Assembly (NCBI RefSeq): GCF_054482525.1 | Contig: NZ_CM137006.1 | Direction: 5' to 3' (one strand) | DNA: 64,000 bases | Shown: piece by piece, positions 43,474-54,293 of the stretch | How the letters are laid out: each line of letters opens with the position of its first letter | Numbering within the stretch: position 1 is the first letter of the stretch | Notes under the pieces: generated by a model | What the model was told of the DNA's origin: nothing | The model's database searches: none | Seen by the model: the letters and a program-made list of their open reading frames with translations, nothing else | Made by a program: the position numbers and the translations under genes

Positions 43474-44388
43474 ATGAGTCGTTCACAAAATTTACGCCAC
43501 AATGTGATTAACCAGGTCATTGATGATATGGCGCGGGGTCATATCCCTTCCCCACTTCCATCGCAAAGTGCGCTGGCGGAAATGTACAACATCAGCCGCA
43601 CTACAGTGCGTCATATTCTCAGCCACTTACGCGAATGCGGCGTCTTAACGCAGGTTGGAAACGACTATGTTATTGCGCGTAAACCTGACCATGATGACGG
43701 TTTCGCCTGTACTACCGCTTCAATGAGTGAACAAAACAAAGTGTTTGAGCAGGCTTTTTTCACGATGATAAACCAGCGCCAGTTACGCCCTGGGGAAACT
43801 TTTTCTGAACTGCAACTGGCTCGGGCCGCGGGTGTCAGCCCGGTTGTAGTAAGAGAATATCTTTTAAAATTCGGCCGTTATAATCTTATTCAAAGCGAAA
43901 AGCGCGGCCAGTGGAGCATGAAGCAATTCGATCAATCCTACGCTGAGCAGCTGTTTGAGCTACGCGAAATGCTCGAAACTCATTCACTTCAGCACTTTCT
44001 CAACCTGCCTGATCATGATCCTCGCTGGCTGCAGGCGAAAACCATGCTCGAACGTCATCGGCTACTGCGTGACAACATCGGCAATAGCTTTCGCATGTTC
44101 TCGCAACTTGACAGAGATTTTCACTCCTTACTGCTTTCAGCTGCCGACAATATCTTTTTTGATCAATCGCTTGAGATCATCTCAGTCATCTTTCATTTTC
44201 ACTATCAATGGGACGAAAGCGATCTTAAACAGCGCAATATCATTGCCGTCGATGAGCATATGACCATTCTCAGCGCTCTGATTTGCCGCAGTGACCTTGA
44301 TGCCACCCTTGCGCTCCGTAACCATTTGAATTCAGCTAAACAATCAATGATTCGATCCATTAATGAGAACACGCGTTATGCTCATTAA
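43474..44388 (+). CDS. lgoR: GntR/FadR-family regulator of L-galactonate catabolism
   Basis: 304 aa ORF; N-terminal GntR HTH (SQSALAEMYNISRTTVRHILSHL). Confidence 0.85.
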   Translation: MSRSQNLRHNVINQVIDDMARGHIPSPLPSQSALAEMYNISRTTVRHILSHLRECGVLTQVGNDYVIARKPDHDDGFACTTASMSEQNKVFEQAFFTMINQRQLRPGETFSELQLARAAGVSPVVVREYLLKFGRYNLIQSEKRGQWSMKQFDQSYAEQLFELREMLETHSLQHFLNLPDHDPRWLQAKTMLERHRLLRDNIGNSFRMFSQLDRDFHSLLLSAADNIFFDQSLEIISVIFHFHYQWDESDLKQRNIIAVDEHMTILSALICRSDLDATLALRNHLNSAKQSMIRSINENTRYAH

Positions 44389-44602
44389 GTACGGATTAAA
44401 AACAGCAAACTATTAGCGGGTGCACGGTTTTATCAAAAGATAAATACCGGGAAATTCCCGCTTACCTATGCTCACAATCAGTCGACTAAAAATGTTTTTG
44501 TGAGCGGTAGTAAAGTCCTAAAACTTTAACCTGCCGTTAATGTCAACCTTGCGTAATGCACAATTACGTAAACAATTAAAATTATAAATACAGGAGTCCG
44601 GC

Positions 44603-45964
44603 GTGGAAAAAGAAAATATCACCCTCGATCCGCGTTCTTCATTTACTCCATCTTCGTCGGCAGATATTCCCGTGCCACCAGATGGATTAGTTCAACGCAG
44701 TACCCGAATTAAACGCATTCAAGCCACCGCCATGTTGTTATTATTTTTTGCGGCGGTAATCAATTATCTCGACCGCAGTTCGCTGTCGGTAGCAAATTTA
44801 ACGATTCGTGAAGAATTGGGATTAAGTGCCACCGAAATCGGCGCTTTGCTCTCCGTGTTTTCACTCGCTTACGGGATTGCGCAACTTCCTTGCGGCCCAC
44901 TATTGGATCGTAAAGGCCCACGCCTGATGCTGGGACTGGGGATGTTCTTCTGGTCACTGTTCCAGGCCATGTCTGGCATGGTGCACAGCTTTACGCAGTT
45001 CGTGTTGGTGCGTATCGGTATGGGGATTGGTGAAGCGCCGATGAACCCATGTGGCGTAAAAGTCATTAACGACTGGTTCAACATCAAAGAGCGCGGACGC
45101 CCGATGGGCTTCTTCAACGCAGCTTCTACCATTGGCGTAGCCGTAAGCCCACCGATTCTGGCAGCGATGATGCTGGTGATGGGCTGGCGCGGGATGTTTA
45201 TTACCATTGGTGTACTGGGGATTTTTCTCGCCATCGGCTGGTATATGCTCTATCGCAACCGCGAGCACGTAGAACTGACTGCCGTTGAACAAGCTTATCT
45301 CAATGCAGGTAGCGTCAATGCCCGCCGAGATCCGCTCAGTTTTGCCGAATGGCGCAGCCTGTTCCGTAACCGCACAATGTGGGGAATGATGCTCGGATTC
45401 AGTGGCATCAACTACACTGCGTGGCTGTATCTGGCCTGGCTTCCTGGTTACCTGCAAACAGCCTATAACCTGGATTTAAAAAGCACAGGGTTGATGGCGG
45501 CTATCCCTTTCCTGTTTGGGGCTGCCGGGATGCTGGTCAACGGTTACGTTACTGACTGGCTGGTCAAAGGGGGAATGGCTCCGATTAAAAGCCGTAAGAT
45601 CTGCATTATTGCCGGGATGTTCTGTTCTGCCGCCTTTACGCTGGTCGTACCGCAAGCGACAACATCCATGACGGCGGTTCTGCTGATTGGCATGGCACTG
45701 TTCTGTATTCACTTTGCCGGAACATCCTGCTGGGGCTTGATCCACGTCGCAGTTGCTTCTCGCATGACTGCATCGGTGGGCAGTATCCAGAACTTTGCCA
45801 GCTTCATCTGCGCCTCTTTTGCGCCGATCATTACTGGTTTTATTGTTGATACCACCCACTCATTCCGTCTGGCACTAATCATCTGCGGTTGCGTCACCGC
45901 GGCGGGTGCACTGGCGTACATCTTCCTGGTTCGTCAGCCGATCAACGACCCGCGTAAAGATTAA
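44603..45964 (+). CDS. lgoT: MFS L-galactonate:H+ symporter
   Basis: 453 aa, 12-TM MFS ORF MEKENITLDPRSSFTP...; GTG start. Confidence 0.88.
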   Translation: MEKENITLDPRSSFTPSSSADIPVPPDGLVQRSTRIKRIQATAMLLLFFAAVINYLDRSSLSVANLTIREELGLSATEIGALLSVFSLAYGIAQLPCGPLLDRKGPRLMLGLGMFFWSLFQAMSGMVHSFTQFVLVRIGMGIGEAPMNPCGVKVINDWFNIKERGRPMGFFNAASTIGVAVSPPILAAMMLVMGWRGMFITIGVLGIFLAIGWYMLYRNREHVELTAVEQAYLNAGSVNARRDPLSFAEWRSLFRNRTMWGMMLGFSGINYTAWLYLAWLPGYLQTAYNLDLKSTGLMAAIPFLFGAAGMLVNGYVTDWLVKGGMAPIKSRKICIIAGMFCSAAFTLVVPQATTSMTAVLLIGMALFCIHFAGTSCWGLIHVAVASRMTASVGSIQNFASFICASFAPIITGFIVDTTHSFRLALIICGCVTAAGALAYIFLVRQPINDPRKD

Positions 45965-46012
45965 TCTCCCTATGCCCGATAACATTTTGCTTATCGGGCA
46001 TTTTTATGGCGA

Positions 46013-47668
46013 TTAAAACGTTTCCCAGTTCTCCTCGCTATCTGCCATGGCCATTTTACGCGGCGTAGCTGGCGTCACGGTTTTTACCACAGCCGATGTT
46101 TCACGCTGCTGTTGCTGAATCCGGAACACTGCCACAGCTTCGGTCAGGCGACTGGCCTGCTCTTCCAGCGCGGCGGCGGCAGCGGCAGATTCTTCCACCA
46201 GCGCAGCGTTCTGTTGAGTTACCCGGTCCATCTCAGCGACCGCTAAGCCAACCTGATCGATACCACGGCTCTGCTCATCAGAAGCAGAAGCTATTTCGCC
46301 CATAATGTCCGTCACGCGGGTCACAGCACTGACAATCTCCGCCATTGTTTCCCCGGCGCTTTCGACCAGCGTAGAGCCAACATCCACTTTCCCCACCGAG
46401 TCTTCAATCAGGCTTTTAATTTCACGAGCCGCCTGGGCGCTACGCTGGGCCAGATTACGCACTTCTCCCGCAACCACCGCAAAACCGCGCCCTTGCTCAC
46501 CCGCACGCGCAGCCTCAACCGCGGCGTTCAAAGCCAGAATATTGGTCTGGAAGGCAATGCCGTCAATTACGCTGATAATATCGGCGATTTTCTGCGAACT
46601 GGTGGAGATATCGCGCATGGTCTGCACCACGTTATCCACCACTTTGCCGCCGCGTTGCGCCGTTTCAGAAGCACTTAATGCCAGATGGCTGGCCTGGCGC
46701 GCATTCTCGGCGTTCTGTTTCACCGTTGCGGTCAGTTGCTCCATGCTGGCTGCCGTCTCTTCCAGCGAAGCGGCCTGTTGCTCGGTGCGCGAAGAGAGAT
46801 CGTTATTACCGGTGGCGATTTCGCTGGCACCGCTATAGATGGCATTGGCCCCGTTGCGCACATCACCGACGGTACGCATCAGCTCTCCCTGCATATGGCG
46901 CAAACTCTCTGCCAGTTGCCCCATCTCATTAGAGCCATCCACCTCAATCGGTTTCACCAGATCGCCGCCTGCAATATGACGAATGCTGTCAATCAGGCGA
47001 TTCATTGGCGCTACCAACGAGGCTTTAATACCGAACCAGACGGCGAAGATGACCGCCAGTACGACGATCATCACGCCCACCAGAATCCACATCGCCTGGC
47101 TGTAGGAGGCATTGTTATCGCTGACGGCGATATCATAGAGCCGATCGTTTTGCTCCATGTAAGCCACATACTGCTTCTCGAAAGCGTCCTGATATCCCTG
47201 GGTCGGCTGATCAAAGAACTCGTTGATTTTGCCTGCACCTAACAGTTGGATCAGCTCCGCCAGCGCATTGTGATAAATATCGTAATTACGTTTGATCTCT
47301 GACGCTGCGGCGGTGCTCTGACGCGGGTCACGCGGCAACGCTTCGTAATCCGCCCAGTTTTTTTCCGCCTGTTTCAGCGAAATACTGGCACTCTGCATCA
47401 GCTCAGCAACGGTTGAACCGCTACCAATATTATTCTGATCCATCATGTAGCGGATACCCGCGCGGTTGAGGGTGTTACGCGTCTGCAACAACGCAACCCA
47501 GCTGCCATTCAGCGTGGATTGCTGCTGGCGAATGGTTTGTAAAACAGTGAAATTTTCTTTGTCATTCTTTAAGGCATTAAAGAACAGACCGCCTGAAGTC
47601 AGTTGTAAAAGGCCAAAAACGGCCAAAACCAGCAGTAAGCTGGTCACAATTTTGATACGTTTTAACAT
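46013..47668 (-). CDS. tsr: methyl-accepting chemotaxis protein I (serine chemoreceptor)
   Basis: 551 aa [43 protein letters not shown]...; HAMP and MCP signalling domain; C-terminal NWETF. Confidence 0.93.
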   Translation of the reverse strand: MLKRIKIVTSLLLVLAVFGLLQLTSGGLFFNALKNDKENFTVLQTIRQQQSTLNGSWVALLQTRNTLNRAGIRYMMDQNNIGSGSTVAELMQSASISLKQAEKNWADYEALPRDPRQSTAAASEIKRNYDIYHNALAELIQLLGAGKINEFFDQPTQGYQDAFEKQYVAYMEQNDRLYDIAVSDNNASYSQAMWILVGVMIVVLAVIFAVWFGIKASLVAPMNRLIDSIRHIAGGDLVKPIEVDGSNEMGQLAESLRHMQGELMRTVGDVRNGANAIYSGASEIATGNNDLSSRTEQQAASLEETAASMEQLTATVKQNAENARQASHLALSASETAQRGGKVVDNVVQTMRDISTSSQKIADIISVIDGIAFQTNILALNAAVEAARAGEQGRGFAVVAGEVRNLAQRSAQAAREIKSLIEDSVGKVDVGSTLVESAGETMAEIVSAVTRVTDIMGEIASASDEQSRGIDQVGLAVAEMDRVTQQNAALVEESAAAAAALEEQASRLTEAVAVFRIQQQQRETSAVVKTVTPATPRKMAMADSEENWETF

Positions 47669-47786
47669 GGTTTCTCTTTCCTGTGGACCGATGCAAGATT
47701 TTCGGCCTGGAAAGCAAAAACTTTATGAAAAGGTGTAACCCGCCATCCATGGAAAAACCAGGCGCTGGTTATCAGATATTAAAAAG

Positions 47787-48233
47787 TTATTCATTATCGC
47801 CCGGGATGTCTTCTTGTCGGGAATTACCCAGAGCAATAAATTCCTCTAACAGATGGGTTAACTGTTGCATTTTCTCGGCAGTAAACTGAGCTTCAATCTG
47901 CCGATAGGCTTCTTCAATCTGTGTCTGAGCGCGGTTATACAGGGCCTGCCCCTCTTTGGTCAGCGAGATATAGAGCTTCCGCTGATCATTGATCGGCTTT
48001 AATCGCAACACTAAACCGTCGCGTTCCATCCGCGTGAGGATCCCGGTCAGGCTTGGGCGCAAAATGCAGGCGCGATACGCCAGATCGTGAAAATCCATTG
48101 ATGGGCTTTCCGCCAGAATACGCACGATGCGCCACTGTTGCTCTGTCAAATTATGCCGTTTAACGATTGGGCGAAAATAACTCATCGCCGCTTCTCGCGC
48201 CTGGAGCAACGCAATGGTTAGTGAGTCGTGCAT
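47787..48233 (-). CDS. hpaR: MarR-family repressor of the hpa meta-cleavage operon
   Basis: ORF 47787..48314; MHDSLTIALLQAREAAMSYFRPIVKRHNLTEQQWRIVRILAESPSMDFHDLAYRACI from codon 28. Confidence 0.85.
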   Translation of the reverse strand: MHDSLTIALLQAREAAMSYFRPIVKRHNLTEQQWRIVRILAESPSMDFHDLAYRACILRPSLTGILTRMERDGLVLRLKPINDQRKLYISLTKEGQALYNRAQTQIEEAYRQIEAQFTAEKMQQLTHLLEEFIALGNSRQEDIPGDNE

Positions 48234-48455
48234 TATCTTTCCCCTGAAAAATTCAAAATCATTAATATAGAAACAGTTAATCATCACGTTACCGGGACTG
48301 CGCTGCCCCTGCAATTCTTCATTTTATCAAAATTGAGCATGTTTTGTTAACTTACTGATATTTAATATTTTATTATCTTTAAATGTAAATAGTTTGTTAA
48401 TTAGATCACATTTACATCACTTACTTTTGCCAAACTACGCAATCGGGAATAAAAG

Positions 48456-48479
48456 TAATCATTAACATATTAATGATTA
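48456..48479. promoter_or_regulatory. candidate HpaR operator: near-perfect palindrome TAATCATTAACATATTAATGATTA overlapping the hpaG promoter; approximate
   Basis: 24-bp palindrome ~25 bp upstream of hpaG start in the hpaR/hpaG divergent region. Confidence 0.55.
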
Positions 48480-48504
48480 AGATGATCGAATCCGAGGAGT
48501 GGTA

Positions 48505-49794
48505 ATGAAAGGCACTATCTTCGCCGTAGCGTTGAACCATCGCAGCCAACTTGATGCATGGCAGGAAGCGTTCCAGCAATCCCCCTACAAAGCCCCGCCT
48601 AAAACTGCGGTCTGGTTTATTAAACCGCGCAATACGGTGATTGGTTGCGGTGAACCGATTCCCTTTCCACAGGGTGAAAAGGTACTGAGCGGTGCGACTG
48701 TTGCGCTGATTGTGGGAAAAACGGCGACGAAAGTACGTGAAGAAGATGCAGCAGAGTACATCGCCGGATATGCGCTGGCTAACGACGTCAGCCTGCCGGA
48801 AGAGAGCTTTTACCGCCCGGCAATCAAAGCAAAATGTCGTGATGGATTCTGCCCCATTGGCGAAACCGTGGCTCTCAGCAATGTCGATAATCTGACCATC
48901 TATACCGAGATCAACGGGCGTCCTGCCGATCACTGGAACACCGCCGATTTACAACGTAATGCCGCGCAGTTGCTGAGCGCTCTGAGCGAATTTGCCACGC
49001 TGAATCCAGGCGATGCCATTCTGCTCGGCACGCCACAGGCGCGCGTGGAAATACAGCCAGGCGATCGCGTTCGTGTTCTCGCTGAAGGTTTCCCGCCACT
49101 GGAAAATCCGGTAATGGACGAACGTGAAGTGACCACGCGCAAGAGCTTCCCAACGCAGCCACACCCGCACGGCACGCTGTTTGCCCTCGGCCTGAACTAC
49201 GCCGACCACGCCAGCGAACTGGAATTTAAGCCACCGGAAGAACCGCTGGTGTTCCTGAAAGCGCCGAATACCCTCACTGGCGATAACCAGACCTCCGTGC
49301 GCCCGAACAATATTGAATATATGCACTACGAAGCGGAGCTGGTGGTGGTGATTGGCAAGCAGGCGCGTAACGTCAGCGAAGCCGATGCTATGGATTATGT
49401 CGCGGGCTACACCGTGTGTAACGACTACGCCATTCGCGACTATCTGGAAAACTACTACCGCCCTAACCTGCGGGTAAAAAGCCGCGACGGACTGACGCCG
49501 ATGCTTTCAACCATCGTGCCGAAAGAGGCGATCCCGGACCCGCATAATCTGACCCTTCGCACCTTCGTCAACGGCGAGTTACGCCAGAAAGGCACCACCG
49601 CCGATCTGATCTTCAGCGTGCCCTTCCTGATCGCCTACTTAAGCGAATTTATGACCCTGAATCCGGGCGACATGATCGCCACCGGCACACCAAAAGGCTT
49701 ATCTGACGTGGTGCCTGGCGATGAAGTAGTAGTGGAAGTAGAAGGCGTGGGCCGCCTGGTGAACCGAATTGTGAGTGAGGAAACAGCGAAATGA
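48505..49794 (+). CDS. hpaG: bifunctional 5-carboxymethyl-2-oxo-hex-3-ene-1,7-dioate decarboxylase / isomerase (two FAH-like domains)
   Basis: ORF 48499..49794; MKGTIFAVALNHRSQLDAWQEAF...; GAGGAG RBS. Confidence 0.9.
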   Translation: MKGTIFAVALNHRSQLDAWQEAFQQSPYKAPPKTAVWFIKPRNTVIGCGEPIPFPQGEKVLSGATVALIVGKTATKVREEDAAEYIAGYALANDVSLPEESFYRPAIKAKCRDGFCPIGETVALSNVDNLTIYTEINGRPADHWNTADLQRNAAQLLSALSEFATLNPGDAILLGTPQARVEIQPGDRVRVLAEGFPPLENPVMDEREVTTRKSFPTQPHPHGTLFALGLNYADHASELEFKPPEEPLVFLKAPNTLTGDNQTSVRPNNIEYMHYEAELVVVIGKQARNVSEADAMDYVAGYTVCNDYAIRDYLENYYRPNLRVKSRDGLTPMLSTIVPKEAIPDPHNLTLRTFVNGELRQKGTTADLIFSVPFLIAYLSEFMTLNPGDMIATGTPKGLSDVVPGDEVVVEVEGVGRLVNRIVSEETAK

Positions 49795-51257
49795 AAAAAG
49801 TAAATCATTGGATCAACGGCAAAAATGTTGCAGGTAACGACTACTTCCAGACCACCAATCCGGCAACGGGTGAAGTGCTGGCGGATGTGGCCTCTGGCGG
49901 TGAAGCGGAGATCAATCAGGCGGTAGCGGCAGCGAAAGAGGCGTTCCCGAAATGGGCCAATCTGCCGATGAAAGAGCGTGCGCGCCTGATGCGCCGTCTG
50001 GGCGATCTGATCGACCAGAACGTGCCTGAGATCGCCGCGATGGAAACCGCGGACACGGGCCTGCCAATCCATCAGACCAAAAATGTGTTGATCCCACGCG
50101 CTTCTCACAACTTTGAATTTTTCGCGGAAGTCTGCCAGCAGATGAACGGCAAGACCTATCCGGTTGACGACAAGATGCTCAACTACACGCTGGTGCAACC
50201 GGTAGGCGTTTGTGCGCTGGTATCGCCGTGGAACGTGCCGTTTATGACCGCCACATGGAAGGTCGCGCCGTGTCTGGCGCTGGGCAATACCGCGGTGTTG
50301 AAAATGTCGGAACTCTCCCCGCTGACCGCTGACCGCCTGGGTGAGCTGGCGCTGGAAGCCGGTATTCCGGCGGGCGTGCTGAACGTGGTACAGGGCTACG
50401 GCGCAACCGCAGGCGATGCGCTGGTTCGTCATCATGACGTACGTGCCGTGTCGTTCACCGGCGGTACGGCCACCGGGCGCAACATCATGAAAAACGCCGG
50501 GCTGAAAAAATACTCCATGGAACTGGGCGGTAAATCGCCGGTGCTGATTTTTGAAGATGCCGATATTGAACGCGCGCTGGACGCTGCCCTGTTCACCATC
50601 TTCTCGATCAACGGCGAGCGCTGCACCGCCGGTTCGCGCATCTTTATTCAGCAAAGCATCTACCCGGAATTCGTTAAACGCTTTGCCGAACGCGCCAACC
50701 GTCTGCGCGTGGGCGATCCGAACGATCCGAATACCCAGGTTGGGGCGCTTATCAGCCAGCAACACTGGGAAAAAGTCTCCGGCTATATTCGTCTCGGCAT
50801 TGAAGAAGGCGCAACCCTGCTGGCGGGCGGTCCGGATAAACCGTCCGACCTGCCTGCGCACCTGAAAGGCGGCAACTTCCTGCGCCCAACGGTGCTGGCT
50901 GACGTTGATAACCGTATGCGCGTCGCCCAGGAAGAGATTTTCGGGCCGGTCGCCTGTCTGCTGCCGTTTAAAGACGAAGCCGAAGGCTTACGTCTGGCAA
51001 ACGACGTGGAGTACGGCCTCGCGTCGTACATCTGGACACAGGATGTCAGCAAAGTGTTACGCCTGGCGCGTGGCATTGAAGCAGGCATGGTGTTCGTCAA
51101 CACCCAGAACGTGCGTGACCTGCGCCAGCCATTTGGCGGCGTAAAAGCCTCCGGCACCGGGCGTGAAGGCGGTGAGTACAGCTTCGAAGTGTTCGCGGAA
51201 ATGAAGAACGTCTGCATTTCCATGGGCGACCATCCAATTCCGAAATGGGGAGTCTGA
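49791..51257 (+). CDS. hpaE: 5-carboxymethyl-2-hydroxymuconate semialdehyde dehydrogenase
   Basis: 488 aa aldehyde dehydrogenase; ATGA start/stop overlap with hpaG. Confidence 0.9.
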   Translation: MKKVNHWINGKNVAGNDYFQTTNPATGEVLADVASGGEAEINQAVAAAKEAFPKWANLPMKERARLMRRLGDLIDQNVPEIAAMETADTGLPIHQTKNVLIPRASHNFEFFAEVCQQMNGKTYPVDDKMLNYTLVQPVGVCALVSPWNVPFMTATWKVAPCLALGNTAVLKMSELSPLTADRLGELALEAGIPAGVLNVVQGYGATAGDALVRHHDVRAVSFTGGTATGRNIMKNAGLKKYSMELGGKSPVLIFEDADIERALDAALFTIFSINGERCTAGSRIFIQQSIYPEFVKRFAERANRLRVGDPNDPNTQVGALISQQHWEKVSGYIRLGIEEGATLLAGGPDKPSDLPAHLKGGNFLRPTVLADVDNRMRVAQEEIFGPVACLLPFKDEAEGLRLANDVEYGLASYIWTQDVSKVLRLARGIEAGMVFVNTQNVRDLRQPFGGVKASGTGREGGEYSFEVFAEMKNVCISMGDHPIPKWGV

Positions 51258-51258
51258 T

Positions 51259-52110
51259 ATGGGTAAGTTAGCGTTAGCCGCCAAGATCACGCACGTACCG
51301 TCGATGTATCTCTCTGAACTGCCAGGGAAAAACCACGGTTGCCGCCAGGGTGCGATTGACGGGCATAAAGAGATCAGCAAGCGTTGCCGGGAAATGGGCG
51401 TCGATACCATTATCGTTTTCGATACCCACTGGCTGGTCAACAGTGCTTATCACATCAACTGTGCAGACCATTTTGAAGGCGTCTACACCAGCAACGAGCT
51501 GCCGCATTTTATCCGCGATATGACCTACAACTACGAGGGCAACCCGGAGTTGGGGCAGCTTATTGCCGATGAAGCCTTAAAACTCGGCGTGCGGGCAAAA
51601 GCGCACAATATTCCCAGCCTGAAACTGGAATACGGCACGCTGGTGCCAATGCGCTACATGAATGAAGACAAGCACTTCAAAGTGGTCTCCATTTCGGCTT
51701 TCTGCACGGTTCACGATTTTGCCGACAGCCGCAAGCTTGGCGAAGCGATTGTGAAAGCGATCGAACAGTACGACGGCACCGTGGCGGTCCTTGCCAGCGG
51801 TTCGTTATCGCACCGCTTTATTGACGATCAGCGTGCGGAAGAAGGGATGAACAGCTACACCCGCGAGTTCGACCGCCAGATGGACGAGCGCGTGGTGAAG
51901 CTGTGGCGCGAAGGCCAGTTCAAAGAGTTCTGCAATATGCTGCCGGAGTACGCCGACTACTGCTACGGCGAAGGCAATATGCACGACACGGTGATGCTGC
52001 TGGGGATGCTCGGCTGGGATAAATACGACGGCAAGGTGGAGTTTATTACCGAGCTGTTCCCAAGCTCTGGCACTGGTCAGGTTAACGCTGTTTTCCCGCT
52101 TCCCGCGTAA
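51259..52110 (+). CDS. hpaD: 3,4-dihydroxyphenylacetate (homoprotocatechuate) 2,3-dioxygenase
   Basis: 283 aa ORF MGKLALAAKITHVPSMYLSELPGKNHGCRQGAIDGHKE... Confidence 0.9.
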   Translation: MGKLALAAKITHVPSMYLSELPGKNHGCRQGAIDGHKEISKRCREMGVDTIIVFDTHWLVNSAYHINCADHFEGVYTSNELPHFIRDMTYNYEGNPELGQLIADEALKLGVRAKAHNIPSLKLEYGTLVPMRYMNEDKHFKVVSISAFCTVHDFADSRKLGEAIVKAIEQYDGTVAVLASGSLSHRFIDDQRAEEGMNSYTREFDRQMDERVVKLWREGQFKEFCNMLPEYADYCYGEGNMHDTVMLLGMLGWDKYDGKVEFITELFPSSGTGQVNAVFPLPA

Positions 52111-52119
52111 GGAACCACC

Positions 52120-52500
52120 ATGCCGCACTTTATCGTGGAATGTACTGAAAATATTCGTCAAGAAGCCCGCTTACCTGAGCTGTTTGCCAGTGTTAACACC
52201 GCACTGGCGGCGACGGGGATTTTTCCGCTTGGGGGAATACGTAGCCGGGCGCACTGGATCGATACCTGGCAAATGGCCGATGGCAAGCACGATTACGCCT
52301 TTGTGCATATGACGCTAAAAATCGGCAGCGGGCGCAGTCTGGAAAGCCGTCAGGAAGTAGGTGAAATGCTGTTTGATCTGATTAAAACGCACTTCGCCTC
52401 ACTGATGGAGAGCCGTTACCTGGCGCTTTCATTTGAGATTGCAGAGCTGCACCCGACGTTGAATTTCAAACAGAACAACGTACACGCGTTGTTTAAATAA
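52120..52500 (+). CDS. hpaF: 5-carboxymethyl-2-hydroxymuconate delta-isomerase
   Basis: 126 aa [36 protein letters not shown]... Confidence 0.9.
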   Translation: MPHFIVECTENIRQEARLPELFASVNTALAATGIFPLGGIRSRAHWIDTWQMADGKHDYAFVHMTLKIGSGRSLESRQEVGEMLFDLIKTHFASLMESRYLALSFEIAELHPTLNFKQNNVHALFK

Positions 52501-52567
52501 ATTTGCACCAGCTTCCAGGCCGGATGATAAGGCGCAGCCGCATCCGGCAATGCCACAGGATATCGCC

Positions 52568-53371
52568 ATGTTCGATAAACACACCCACACCCTGATCGCC
52601 CAGCGTCTGGATCAGGCAGAAAAACAGCGCGAACAGATCCGCGCGATCTCGCTGGATTACCCGGAGATCACCATCGAAGACGCTTACGCGGTGCAGCGTG
52701 AATGGGTTCGACTGAAAATCGCCGAAGGTCGCACGCTGAAAGGCCACAAAATCGGCCTGACCTCGAAAGCGATGCAGGCCAGCTCACAAATCAGCGAGCC
52801 GGATTACGGTGCCCTGCTGGATGACATGTTCTTCCACGATGGCAGCGATATCCCGACCGATCGCTTTATCGTGCCGCGCATTGAAGTGGAGCTGGCTTTC
52901 GTGCTGGCAAAACCGCTGCGTGGGCCAAACTGCACGCTGTTCGACGTTTACAACGCCACGGACTATGTGATCCCGGCGCTGGAGCTGATCGACGCTCGCT
53001 GCCACAACATCGATCCGGAAACCCAGCGCCCGCGTAAAGTGTTCGACACCATTTCTGATAACGCCGCCAATGCCGGGGTGATCCTCGGTGGTCGTCCGAT
53101 CAAACCTGACGAGCTGGATCTGCGTTGGATCTCCGCCCTCATGTATCGCAATGGCGTGATTGAAGAAACCGGCGTCGCCGCTGGTGTGCTGAATCATCCG
53201 GCAAACGGCGTGGCCTGGCTGGCGAACAAACTCGCACCGTATGACGTACAACTGGAAGCCGGGCAAATCATTCTCGGCGGTTCGTTCACCCGCCCGGTTC
53301 CGGCGCGTAAGGGCGACACCTTCCACGTCGATTACGGCAACATGGGTTCCATTAGCTGCCGCTTTGTTTAA
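52568..53371 (+). CDS. hpaH: 2-oxo-hept-4-ene-1,7-dioate hydratase
   Basis: ORF 52550..53371; [28 protein letters not shown]... from codon 7. Confidence 0.88.
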   Translation: MFDKHTHTLIAQRLDQAEKQREQIRAISLDYPEITIEDAYAVQREWVRLKIAEGRTLKGHKIGLTSKAMQASSQISEPDYGALLDDMFFHDGSDIPTDRFIVPRIEVELAFVLAKPLRGPNCTLFDVYNATDYVIPALELIDARCHNIDPETQRPRKVFDTISDNAANAGVILGGRPIKPDELDLRWISALMYRNGVIEETGVAAGVLNHPANGVAWLANKLAPYDVQLEAGQIILGGSFTRPVPARKGDTFHVDYGNMGSISCRFV

Positions 53372-53381
53372 GGAGAGAACG

Positions 53382-54170
53382 ATGGAAAACAGTTTTAAAG
53401 CGGCGCTGAAAGCAGGCCGCCCGCAGATCGGATTATGGCTGGGGCTAAGTAGCAGCTACAGCGCAGAGTTACTGGCCGGAGCAGGATTCGACTGGTTATT
53501 GATCGACGGTGAGCACGCGCCGAATAACGTGCAAACCGTGCTCACCCAACTACAGGCGATTGCGCCCTATCCCAGCCAGCCGGTAGTACGTCCGTCGTGG
53601 AACGATCCGGTGCAAATCAAACAACTGCTGGACGTCGGCACACAAACCTTACTGGTGCCGATGGTACAAAACGCCGACGAAGCCCGTGAAGCGGTACGCG
53701 CCACCCGTTATCCCCCCGCCGGTATTCGTGGTGTGGGCAGTGCGCTGGCCCGCGCCTCGCGCTGGAATCGTATTCCTGATTACCTGCAAAAAGCCAACGA
53801 TCAAATGTGCGTGCTGGTGCAGATCGAAACGCGTGAGGCAATGAAGAACCTACCGCAGATTCTGGACGTGGAAGGGGTAGACGGCGTGTTTATCGGCCCG
53901 GCGGATCTGAGCGCCGATATGGGTTATGCCGGTAATCCGCAGCACCCGGAAGTGCAGGCCGCCATTGAACAGGCGATCGTGCAAATCCGTGAAGCGGGCA
54001 AAGCGCCGGGGATCCTGATCGCCAATGAGCAACTGGCAAAACGCTACCTGGAACTGGGCGCGCTATTTGTCGCCGTCGGCGTTGACACCACCCTGCTCGC
54101 CCGCGCCGCCGAAGCGCTGGCAGCACGGTTTGGCGCGCAGGCTACAGCGATTAAGCCCGGCGTGTATTAA
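53382..54170 (+). CDS. hpaI: 4-hydroxy-2-oxo-heptane-1,7-dioate aldolase (HpcH/HpaI family)
   Basis: in-frame part of ORF 53241..54170; [48 protein letters not shown]; GGAGAG RBS. Confidence 0.88.
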   Translation: MENSFKAALKAGRPQIGLWLGLSSSYSAELLAGAGFDWLLIDGEHAPNNVQTVLTQLQAIAPYPSQPVVRPSWNDPVQIKQLLDVGTQTLLVPMVQNADEAREAVRATRYPPAGIRGVGSALARASRWNRIPDYLQKANDQMCVLVQIETREAMKNLPQILDVEGVDGVFIGPADLSADMGYAGNPQHPEVQAAIEQAIVQIREAGKAPGILIANEQLAKRYLELGALFVAVGVDTTLLARAAEALAARFGAQATAIKPGVY

Positions 54171-54250
54171 TGCCGGATGCGCTGCGCTTATCCGGCCTAC
54201 ACTCGCACCAAACCGTAGGCCGGATAAGGCGTTTACGCCGCATCCGCCAT
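54171..54250. repeat. REP/BIME palindromic repeats after hpaI; approximate
   Basis: tgccggatgcgctgcgcttatccggcctac...gtaggccggataaggcgtttacgccgcatccg. Confidence 0.8.
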
Positions 54251-54293
54251 AAACCTTGTCGTACCCTACAAAAATCCCATTAGAGGAAGAAAA

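Noticed and set aside
49635-50861. 408-aa minus-strand ORF inside hpaE
   Set aside because: Antisense to aldehyde dehydrogenase coding sequence; composition typical of an antisense frame.
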